Positions 44,721 to 53,158 of a stretch of 64,000 bases of DNA are shown in pieces. This DNA is from an uncultured virus (IMG/VR IMGVR_UViG_3300032829_000002). Lineage: Duplodnaviria; Heunggongvirae; Uroviricota; Caudoviricetes. Position 1 is the first letter of the stretch; each line of letters opens with the position of its first letter. The notes beneath the pieces are model-generated. The model made no database searches and had not been told where the DNA came from. It saw only the letters and a list, made by a program, of their open reading frames with translations. The DNA is taken from positions 1-64,000 of IMG/VR virus record IMGVR_UViG_3300032829_000002. One strand, 5' to 3'. The translations under genes and the position numbers were made by a program.

Positions 44721-47700
44721 ATGGCCTACCTGAACCCCGACGAAGCATTCGAAGACCTGCGCTCCCACGTCGTCGACACCGTGAAGACGCACTTCCCGAT
44801 CCGAGGGCGCACGCTGTCGCTTCACCTCGACAACATCGACGTGGAAGACAACCTTCGCTCGAATGACATTCGCTCGCAGCACCAAGCGAAGATCGACGGC
44901 AAGACGTGGGCGGTGCCGGTCTACGCCACGATGTCGCTGCGCGACAACGACACGAACAAGGTCATCGACCAGAAACGCGTTCGTCTGATGGAGCTCCCTC
45001 GGCCGACCGAGCGCTACAGCTACATCGTCGATGGGCAGGAGTACCAGGTCGACAACCAGTGGCAGCTCAAGCCGGGTGTCTACGTTCGTCGGCAAGACAA
45101 CGGGGAACTGAACGCGAAGTTCAACGTCGTTAGTCGAAGCAGCTTTGACATCATCTTCGATCCCGCTTCGAAGCAGTTCACCGTCAAGTACAAGAAGGCC
45201 AAGCTTCCAATCTACCCGCTCCTCAAGACGATCGGGGTGAGTGACGACGACCTCGAGAAGTCGTGGGGTAAGGAGATCTTCAGCGCGAATAAGAACGCTA
45301 AGCGTACGGCAGGAACACTCGAGCAGTTCTACAAGACGACTACGGGCAAACCGGCGACGTCTCGGAAGGAAGTCGAGGAGTTACTGTTCCACACGATGCA
45401 GGAGTCCAGGCTTCTACCCGAGGTCACGGAACGCACACTCGGTCAGCGATTCGACCACGTGACGGGGGACGCTCTTCATCTTGCAACTAAGAAGCTCCTC
45501 AAGGTGCAGGCGGGCGCTCCAGAGGATGATCGCGACTCTTTGACCTTCAAGAATTTGAGGACGGTTGGCGACTATGCGCAGGACGCTCTTCGTCGCGTCG
45601 CGCGCCCGATTACTCAGAAGGTGCAGCGGCAGCTCAACAGCCAACGCGTCAGCGGCATTCGCGACGTCGTCAAATTCGACGTCTTCAACGAGCCCATTCG
45701 ACAGTTCTTTACGGGAGCCGCAGTCTCTCGAGCAGCCAGTCAGATCAACCCTCTCGAGATGGCGTCTTCAGCGATGCAGACCACGATCATGGGTCCTGGC
45801 GGCATCAAAACGGAGCGCAGTGTCAACAACGAAGCGAAGATGATCAATCCTTCGCACATCGGGTTCCTCGATCCCATCAACACTCCGGAAGGAGAGAAGA
45901 CAGGGGTAACGCTGCGCCTGCCTCTTGGCGTGAAGAAGATCGGCAACGAAGCGAGAATCCCGCTCTACAACATGAAGACTGGGCGTATCGAGGACATCGG
46001 CCCAGACACTTTTGCTGTGAGTCGTGTCGCGCTGCCGGACCAGGTCGAGTGGAAAGATGGAAAGCCCCACGCCACCTCCGGCCGCGTAAAGATGGTGGGC
46101 AAGGGCAACAAGATCGAGGAAGGCAAGCTTCAAGAAGCGGACTACGTTCTGCGGCACTCGAGCCAGCTCTTCAACCTGACGTCGAACCTCATTCCCTTCT
46201 TGGGGAACAACTCGGGCGGCCGCGCGGGAATGGCGAGCCGCCACATGGAGCAAGCGATCTCCCTCGTCAACCGCGAGGCTCCGTTGGTGCAGGTATCGTC
46301 GGGTGTCGCAGCAGAAGGCATCGACACCTTCGAGCGCGTTCTTGGGCATCAGACGTCGCAACGTTCTCCTGTCGATGGGACGGTCAAGAAGCTGCTCAAG
46401 GATGGCGTGATCGTCACGGACAAGAACGGTGTGGATCACGAGGTGCAGACGTACCACTACTACCCGCTCAACGACGCGAAGAGCGTCCTTCACTCGACGC
46501 CGACAGTCAGCGTCGGTCAGCACGTGAAGACAGGGCAAGTTCTCGCGGACACCAACTTCTCCAAGGGCGGAGCGCTTGCGCTCGGTACGAACCTGCGCGT
46601 CTCGTACGTGCCATTCAAGGGGTACAACTTCGAGGACGGCGTGGTCATCAGCCAGGCCGCGGCGGACAAGTTGTCCAGCTTGCACCTGCACAAGCACAGT
46701 CTCGACAAGATCGACAACGTCGTCTTCGATCCCAAGCAGTTCAACCAGCAGCACCCTGGCGTCTTCAACTCGAAGCAGTTCGACAAGCTCGACGACAAGG
46801 GCGTCGTTCGCGTCGGACAGAAGGTTCATCCTGGCGATCCACTGATTGTGGCGATGCGCCCCTTCGAGGTGAAAGATCGAACCGGACTCGCTGCCATGCG
46901 CAAGCACGTACTAGGACACCACACGGACAGCTCCGTTCGTTGGGATTCCGAGTTCGAAGGCGAGGTCGTCGGTGTTCACCGCGGCCCGGACAAGATCACG
47001 GTCCACGTGCGAACCACGGAGCCGATGCAGGTCGGCGACAAGTTGGCGGGGCGATACGGCAACAAGGGCATCGTCACGATGATCTTGCCGAACCACGAGA
47101 TGCCGCACGACAAGAGCGGCAAGCCCGTCGACGTGCTGCTGAACCCGTCGGGCGTTCCCGGTCGTATGAACATCGGGCAGATGCTCGAGACTGCTGCGGC
47201 GAAGATCGCCGAAAAGACCGGCAAGCCCTACGTGGTCAAGAACTTCGATGCGAAGACGCCCGACTACCTCGAGAAGGTGAAAAGCGATCTGAAGCAGCAT
47301 GGCATCAGTGATACCGAGGAGCTCTTCGACCCGATCACGAAGAAGTCTCTCGGCAAGGCCCTCACCGGTCCGCAGTACATGCTGAAGCTCGTGCATCAAG
47401 TCGAGAAGAAGCTCTCGGTCCGCTCCGGCATGAACTTGCCGGGCATGCCTGGCTCCGAGGGCTACGACATGAATCTTCAGCCCTCGAGTGGCGGTCACGC
47501 AGGTGGGCAGAGTCTTGGTGCACTCGGCTTGTACGCGATGCTGGCGCACGGAGCTCGAGCGAACATCCGCGAGATGCAGACGTGGAAGAGCGAAGGCACC
47601 GATCCCCAATCGAACGAGGCCAAGCGTTGGCCTTCACAGCACATCGACGTGTGGAAGGCGATTCAAGAAGGGACTGCGCTTCCTCCTCCGAAGCCGACGT

Positions 47701-50700
47701 TCGCCTTCCACAAGTTCACCGAGATGCTCAAGGGCGCGGGCATCAACATCGAGAAGCATGGCAGCAACCTCGTGCTGTCCCCGTTGACGGACAAGCACAT
47801 TCTGTCGATGTCGGGCGGTGAGCTGAAGGACGCTGGCAAGCTCGTTCGCGCGAAGGCGGACAAGACGGGAGAGCTCAAGCCGATGCCGGGCGGGCTCTTC
47901 GATGAGAAGGTCACGGGAGGGCACGGCGGCACGAAGTGGTCGCACATCAAGCTTGCGGAGCCTGTTCCGAACCCGGTGTTCGAGAACGCGATCAAGAGCT
48001 TGACGGGGCTGACCCAGAAGAACTTCGATGGAGTCGTCTCCGGTGAGCTCGGCGTTCATCCGACGACGTTCAAGATCGTCTCTGCGAAGGATGGAGTCGC
48101 CGGCGGCGCGGGCATCAAGATGCTACTCGATCGCATCGAGGTTCCCGGTGAACTTCAACGAGCTCGTCGAGAGCTGCGCACAGCATCTGCGTCGAAGCTC
48201 GACTCTTCGCTCAAGCGCGTGAAGTACCTCGAGGCGCTTCATCAGCTCGATCTGAAGCCGTCGGAAGCGTACATCTTGCACAACCTTCCGATCTTGCCTC
48301 CGGTCATTCGCCCATTGACGGTGATGCAGGATGGCAACGTGAAGTACGAGGACGTGAACGGGCTCTACGCTCAGTTCGCACAGGTCAACGACAAGCTGAA
48401 GGACCCGGTTCTTCAGGCCAACCTCACGGACAAGCGCAAGCAGAAGCTCCGTGACGACTACTACGATGGCATCAAGGCGCTGGTCGGCGTCGGCTCACTC
48501 AACCGTGAGCGCAAGGAGCGCGGGCTGCTCGAGCAGATCAAGGGGTCGCAGCCGAAGGAAGGGTTCTTCCAGAAGACGCTGATCACCCGTCGACAAGATC
48601 TGACCATGCGCTCGACGATCGTTCCAGAGCCGGCTCTCGGCCTCGACGAGGTCGGCGTTCCGAAGGACGCCGCTCTCACGCTCTTTCGACCGTTCGTCGT
48701 TCGTCAGCTTGTGCTTCAGGGCCTCGCGAAGAATCCGCTCGAAGCGCAGAAGCTCTTGTCCGACGTACACAAGGGCAAGGACGATCCCACGGTGTGGCAC
48801 GCGCTCGAGCACGTCATGAGCGAGCGCCCCGTCCTGCTGAAGCGCGACCCCGCGCTGCACAAGTACTCCGTCCAGGCGTTCAAGCCCCGCCTCGTTCACG
48901 GAAGTGCGATTCAGATCCACCCGCTCGTTACGGGTGGGTACAACGCGGACTTCGACGGCGACACGATGGCGATGTTCGTTCCCATCAGCAGCGAAGCTGT
49001 TCGAGAAGCAGAGAAGATGTTCCCGTCGAACAACATCTTCAACGAGGCGTCCGGCAAGGTCATGTACCAACCGACGCTAGAGAGCGCGCTCGGGCTGTAC
49101 AAGCTGTCCCTCGTCGGGAACGAGACGAAGCATCTCTTTTCTAGCCCTGCGGAGGTCGCAGACGCTCTTCGTCGTGGCGTTGTGAGCTACACCGACGTGG
49201 TGACGATGAAGGGAAAGAAGACGACGCCTGGTCGAGTTCTTCTTGCGTCGGCGCTGCCGGAGGCGATGCAGCAGAAGATGCTCACCGACTTCTCCTTCAA
49301 GATCGACAAGAAAGGGCTCGATTCTTTGCTCACGGACGTGGGCAACAACCATCGACACGAGTTCGGTCGCATCGTCAACGACATCAAGGATATCGGCAAC
49401 GGAGCGTCCTTCGGCCTCATCAAGACGGACCTGGTGAAGGACAAGTGGTTGCCGATCGGCACGCATTCGTTGTCCCTCGATGACGTGACGCCGGACAAGG
49501 CAGCGCGCGGTCGGGTCTTGGGCGAAGCGCAGAAGAAGGTTGATGCGATCCACGCGATGAACATCTCCGAGGCAGAGAAGGAGCGTCGCTCTGTCGATGC
49601 CTGGATCAAGGCGTCCGACGATATGAAGAAGGCGCACACGGACACGATGTCGGCGCACCCGTCGAATTTGTTCCTGATGCAGGCCGCCGGCGTGAAGCCG
49701 AGCTGGGACCAGTACAAGCAGATGGTCTTGGCGCCGATGATTCTCAAGGACTCGGCGGACCGCTTCATTCCGACGCCCGTGACCAAGAGCTACGCCGAAG
49801 GACTCGATCTCGCAGGCTACTGGACGCAGCTCCATGGCGCGCGTCGAGGCGCCGTCATGAAGGTGCAAGAGGTTCAAGAGCCGGGCGCCATCTCGAAGCT
49901 CCTGATGAATACCTCGATGAACATGATGGTCGAGGGGCACGACTGCGGTACCCACAACGGTGTATCGTTGTCCATCGGCGAGAAGGACGTGCACGATCGC
50001 TACCTCGCGCAGGACTTCAAGGCAGGCAACCTGCACATTCCCCGCAATACGCTGCTCACGCCGGACCTCGTCGCTCAGATTCGAGCGGCGGACAAGAACG
50101 CGCGTGTCGTTGTTCGTAGCCCGCTCAAGTGCGAGATGCCGAAGGGCCTCTGCCAGATGGACGTCGGCCCCTCGGTCAACGGCGCTCTGCATCCTCTAGG
50201 TACGAACGTCGGCGTCATGGCCGCGCAGGCAGTTGGAGAGCGCGCGGTGCAGCTCACGCTCAAGAGCTTCCACACCGGCGGCGTGCAGGAGGCTGGTGGC
50301 GGCTCGAAGATCTTGAACCAGTTCGCTCGCTTCGAACAGCTCACCAAGCTGCCGAGGAAGATTCCCAACGCCGCGACGGTGGCGATGACGAGTGGAAAGA
50401 TCGAGCGCATCGAGAAAGACCCGACCGGCGTGAAAATCTGGGTGAACGGGCAGCCGCACCACGTCGGTCGCGACGCTGGCGGCATGCCGCTCCACGAAGA
50501 CTTGCCGCATGCGGACCGTACGGCCAAGAGCTACGTCGGATGGCAGCCGCCGGAGGTTGGTCTGCACGTCGACGCAGGGCAAGTGCTCTCCGATCCGAAT
50601 CGTACGTACGTCAACCCGCACGACTTGTACCGGGCGACGAAGTCGATCGAGAAGGTGCAGAACCATCTCGCCGCCAGCATCTACGACTTGTACAAGGACG

Positions 50701-51107
50701 AGGGGCTTCGTCGTCGCGCGGTGGAGACGCTGGTCAAGTCGATGAGCAACCTCACCAAGGTCCAGGACCCTGGTGACCACCCGCACGTTCTCCGCGGCGA
50801 GTTCTACCCGACGTCGATGATCCGCAAGATCAACGACACGGAGCTCAAAGGCAAGCAGCCGATCTTGCACGAACCGGTTCTTCAGGGAGTAGACATGCTC
50901 CCGCTGTCGCTGCAAGAAGACTGGATGGCCAAGCTTCAGCACCAGCGGTTGCGCAACACGTTGATGGAAGCGGCCTCGATGGGGCTGGCTTCGCACATCC
51001 ACGGAGCTCACCCGATTCCAGGTGTTGCGTACGGCGCCGAGTTCGGCTTGGCTACTTCCACCAAGGCGCATGGAAAGACGCCTGCGGTCGCGCCGCACCA
51101 TTACTAG
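44721..51107 (+). CDS. rpoBC: Single-chain fused beta-beta' DNA-directed RNA polymerase (2128 aa)
   Basis: Beta motifs 'GPGG', 'TPEG', 'GYNFEDG', 'GDKLAGRYGNKG', 'NPSGVPGRMNIGQ', 'YMLKLVH'. Beta' motifs 'LPILPP..RP', 'RDPALH', 'NADFDGD' (48942-48962), bridge helix 'HGARRG', trigger loop 'QLTLKSFHTGG'. Confidence 0.95.
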   Translation: MAYLNPDEAFEDLRSHVVDTVKTHFPIRGRTLSLHLDNIDVEDNLRSNDIRSQHQAKIDGKTWAVPVYATMSLRDNDTNKVIDQKRVRLMELPRPTERYSYIVDGQEYQVDNQWQLKPGVYVRRQDNGELNAKFNVVSRSSFDIIFDPASKQFTVKYKKAKLPIYPLLKTIGVSDDDLEKSWGKEIFSANKNAKRTAGTLEQFYKTTTGKPATSRKEVEELLFHTMQESRLLPEVTERTLGQRFDHVTGDALHLATKKLLKVQAGAPEDDRDSLTFKNLRTVGDYAQDALRRVARPITQKVQRQLNSQRVSGIRDVVKFDVFNEPIRQFFTGAAVSRAASQINPLEMASSAMQTTIMGPGGIKTERSVNNEAKMINPSHIGFLDPINTPEGEKTGVTLRLPLGVKKIGNEARIPLYNMKTGRIEDIGPDTFAVSRVALPDQVEWKDGKPHATSGRVKMVGKGNKIEEGKLQEADYVLRHSSQLFNLTSNLIPFLGNNSGGRAGMASRHMEQAISLVNREAPLVQVSSGVAAEGIDTFERVLGHQTSQRSPVDGTVKKLLKDGVIVTDKNGVDHEVQTYHYYPLNDAKSVLHSTPTVSVGQHVKTGQVLADTNFSKGGALALGTNLRVSYVPFKGYNFEDGVVISQAAADKLSSLHLHKHSLDKIDNVVFDPKQFNQQHPGVFNSKQFDKLDDKGVVRVGQKVHPGDPLIVAMRPFEVKDRTGLAAMRKHVLGHHTDSSVRWDSEFEGEVVGVHRGPDKITVHVRTTEPMQVGDKLAGRYGNKGIVTMILPNHEMPHDKSGKPVDVLLNPSGVPGRMNIGQMLETAAAKIAEKTGKPYVVKNFDAKTPDYLEKVKSDLKQHGISDTEELFDPITKKSLGKALTGPQYMLKLVHQVEKKLSVRSGMNLPGMPGSEGYDMNLQPSSGGHAGGQSLGALGLYAMLAHGARANIREMQTWKSEGTDPQSNEAKRWPSQHIDVWKAIQEGTALPPPKPTFAFHKFTEMLKGAGINIEKHGSNLVLSPLTDKHILSMSGGELKDAGKLVRAKADKTGELKPMPGGLFDEKVTGGHGGTKWSHIKLAEPVPNPVFENAIKSLTGLTQKNFDGVVSGELGVHPTTFKIVSAKDGVAGGAGIKMLLDRIEVPGELQRARRELRTASASKLDSSLKRVKYLEALHQLDLKPSEAYILHNLPILPPVIRPLTVMQDGNVKYEDVNGLYAQFAQVNDKLKDPVLQANLTDKRKQKLRDDYYDGIKALVGVGSLNRERKERGLLEQIKGSQPKEGFFQKTLITRRQDLTMRSTIVPEPALGLDEVGVPKDAALTLFRPFVVRQLVLQGLAKNPLEAQKLLSDVHKGKDDPTVWHALEHVMSERPVLLKRDPALHKYSVQAFKPRLVHGSAIQIHPLVTGGYNADFDGDTMAMFVPISSEAVREAEKMFPSNNIFNEASGKVMYQPTLESALGLYKLSLVGNETKHLFSSPAEVADALRRGVVSYTDVVTMKGKKTTPGRVLLASALPEAMQQKMLTDFSFKIDKKGLDSLLTDVGNNHRHEFGRIVNDIKDIGNGASFGLIKTDLVKDKWLPIGTHSLSLDDVTPDKAARGRVLGEAQKKVDAIHAMNISEAEKERRSVDAWIKASDDMKKAHTDTMSAHPSNLFLMQAAGVKPSWDQYKQMVLAPMILKDSADRFIPTPVTKSYAEGLDLAGYWTQLHGARRGAVMKVQEVQEPGAISKLLMNTSMNMMVEGHDCGTHNGVSLSIGEKDVHDRYLAQDFKAGNLHIPRNTLLTPDLVAQIRAADKNARVVVRSPLKCEMPKGLCQMDVGPSVNGALHPLGTNVGVMAAQAVGERAVQLTLKSFHTGGVQEAGGGSKILNQFARFEQLTKLPRKIPNAATVAMTSGKIERIEKDPTGVKIWVNGQPHHVGRDAGGMPLHEDLPHADRTAKSYVGWQPPEVGLHVDAGQVLSDPNRTYVNPHDLYRATKSIEKVQNHLAASIYDLYKDEGLRRRAVETLVKSMSNLTKVQDPGDHPHVLRGEFYPTSMIRKINDTELKGKQPILHEPVLQGVDMLPLSLQEDWMAKLQHQRLRNTLMEAASMGLASHIHGAHPIPGVAYGAEFGLATSTKAHGKTPAVAPHHY

Positions 51108-51110
51108 CTC

Positions 51111-52436
51111 ATGGCGAAACGGTTTCGAACTACGCTGCACCACCGCGCGGGGAACGACCCCGCGGAGATCGTGCATGGTCGTGTTCTGAACGTGAACATG
51201 GTGAACTGGACGGTCGACGTCATCACGCAGTTCGACCGCAAGTACTACTTGGACGTGCAGGTTGCGGCGGCGTACCTCCATTACAACAACGGCGAGGGCA
51301 TCTACGTCATGCCTGAAGTCGGTGCCGTGGTCATGCTTTGCCTGCCGAGTGACAGCTCTCCCCCCTACGTTCAGTCGTTCGTCGCGCCGATGGAGACGGC
51401 CAACGCGACCGCGAAGATGAACGACCCGAATCAGTCCATCGTGACGACGCAGCAGGGAAGCCAAACGGCGAACCCAGACAACGTCGACGATCAAGACGCT
51501 CCTGCGGGTACGCGGTCGCGCGGTGGGACGGTTCCCTATCCGAACGTCGACGCACGCTTCGACGCAGGTCGACCGCCTGCGAAGCCCGGCGACATCTTTC
51601 TGCGAACGCGCGATGGCAACTTCATCACGTTGCATCGAGGCGGCGTGATCGAGATCGGCGCGACGGAAATTGCGAAGCGCATCTACATTCCGATCGGCAA
51701 CAAGATTCTCGATCTCTCTGGTGCCTACGAACACCAGAACGTCGGCGGTTCTGTCTCGTGGGGGATTCAAGAAGGTCCTTCAGTGCAGAATCCGCCCGCA
51801 CAGGAGATGCAGACGTACCGTCTCTACGCCAACGACAAGTACGCCGATCTTCGAATCGCGAAGGGCAAGATCTTCAATCCGGTGGGCGAAGATGCAGGCT
51901 CGAGCGGAGCGGATGCGCAGAGCAACCTTGGGTTCGATCCGATCATCGTCTACGAAGTCACGCTCGCGCAGCAGGGCTTCAAGACCGTGAGCGGAGACGT
52001 CGTCAACGGCGGCGTCGTCAAGCAGGTCTCTCTGCGCTTCTACTTCGACAAGGCTGGCAACGTCTTCCTCCGATCGAAGGGCAGCGCGTACTTCGAGTTC
52101 GGAAAGAAGGTGAAGGTCAGCATCGGAGACTCGTTCGACTTCAGCGCGAAGACGATCTCCATGACCGCGACGGATGGCGCAACGATCAACGGCGGCCCCT
52201 CGACGGAGATCAAGGGGGACATCGTTCGTCTGCAACAGGGCACGACGCCTGTCGCACGACAAGGCGACGCGATTCAAGGAGGCGTCGGACTTGGCATGCC
52301 GCCGCTGGGCGCCCCTTGTATCCTTCAAATCACGGCCGGTCCGATTCAGCCTGGTGTTCCTCTCGCGGGCTTCATCACGATCCCGACGGGAGTACAAGGC
52401 AGCATCATCAGTGGGAACCCGAATTTGCTAGGCTGA
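51111..52436 (+). CDS. Baseplate central spike (gp5/gpV/VgrG-like) with a PAAR-like C-terminus
   Basis: OB-fold 'GRVLNVN...GIYVMPEVGAVV'; beta-helical middle; 'PVARQGD...GSIISGNP'. Confidence 0.65.
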   Translation: MAKRFRTTLHHRAGNDPAEIVHGRVLNVNMVNWTVDVITQFDRKYYLDVQVAAAYLHYNNGEGIYVMPEVGAVVMLCLPSDSSPPYVQSFVAPMETANATAKMNDPNQSIVTTQQGSQTANPDNVDDQDAPAGTRSRGGTVPYPNVDARFDAGRPPAKPGDIFLRTRDGNFITLHRGGVIEIGATEIAKRIYIPIGNKILDLSGAYEHQNVGGSVSWGIQEGPSVQNPPAQEMQTYRLYANDKYADLRIAKGKIFNPVGEDAGSSGADAQSNLGFDPIIVYEVTLAQQGFKTVSGDVVNGGVVKQVSLRFYFDKAGNVFLRSKGSAYFEFGKKVKVSIGDSFDFSAKTISMTATDGATINGGPSTEIKGDIVRLQQGTTPVARQGDAIQGGVGLGMPPLGAPCILQITAGPIQPGVPLAGFITIPTGVQGSIISGNPNLLG

Positions 52437-52532
52437 TTTTTTTCAGGGTGGAGCCTTCGGCACAATCCTCGGCTACTTCAGGCTGCCGTCCAGGTCTTGA
52501 TGCGTTCTCCTGTGGTAATCTGGCAAAACTAA

Positions 52533-53147
52533 ATGTCGGCTTTCCAAAAGACCGTCGGGCCAGTCCCCCTAGGCTCCATCAACGTTGGAGCCGCTGCGTC
52601 AGCGACAGCCCTCGCGCCACTACTCGCGCAGCTCAACTTGATGCTCACCGACCCGTTCGGTATCGGTGCGCTCAAGGCAGACTTCGTCGGACAGTTCAAG
52701 GCGCAGGTGAACTTCTCCGTTCAGTTCGCTGACCCAATCGCGTTGCTCAAAGCAACGATCTCCAGCGCTCTTTCGATCGTGGCAAGCCTGTCCGCGTCTC
52801 TTGCTCTTGGACTTCCTCCGCTGAGCATTCAGATCTCTGCGTCTCTCGGACTCGCTGCTGCGCTGTCCGTGAAGATCGGTGGCATCAATGCACTCATCGA
52901 CTTGACGCTTGGCGTTCGTTTGGCGGGAGTGAACTTCCTCGCGCAGCTCAACGCTGCTATTGGAGCGGGGCCTGTCGTCGGGTACGGCTGGAGCGGCATC
53001 TCGTTGGCTACGTTGCAGGGCGAGCTCGCGAGTTACAACTTCGGCGCCGACGGCTTCCTTCCCTTCGATACGGTCTCGGGTGTTATGCTTTTGACCAAGG
53101 ACCCTGGCGCCTTCACGGGCATGCAGTTTCTGTTCGTCACCGTTTGA
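52533..53147 (+). CDS. Hydrophobic Ala/Leu/Ser-rich protein
   Basis: Long uncharged helical stretches; directly follows the spike gene. Confidence 0.6.
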   Translation: MSAFQKTVGPVPLGSINVGAAASATALAPLLAQLNLMLTDPFGIGALKADFVGQFKAQVNFSVQFADPIALLKATISSALSIVASLSASLALGLPPLSIQISASLGLAAALSVKIGGINALIDLTLGVRLAGVNFLAQLNAAIGAGPVVGYGWSGISLATLQGELASYNFGADGFLPFDTVSGVMLLTKDPGAFTGMQFLFVTV

Positions 53148-53158
53148 CGGAGAGCCTC

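Noticed and set aside
44721..51107. Host chromosomal rpoB-rpoC locus
   Set aside because: No flanking ribosomal protein genes; the gene is divergent and trimmed and is surrounded by portal, spike and terminase genes.
52437..52532. Intergenic gap after the spike gene as tRNA/ncRNA
   Set aside because: No cloverleaf or convincing stem; only a T-run and a possible promoter motif.
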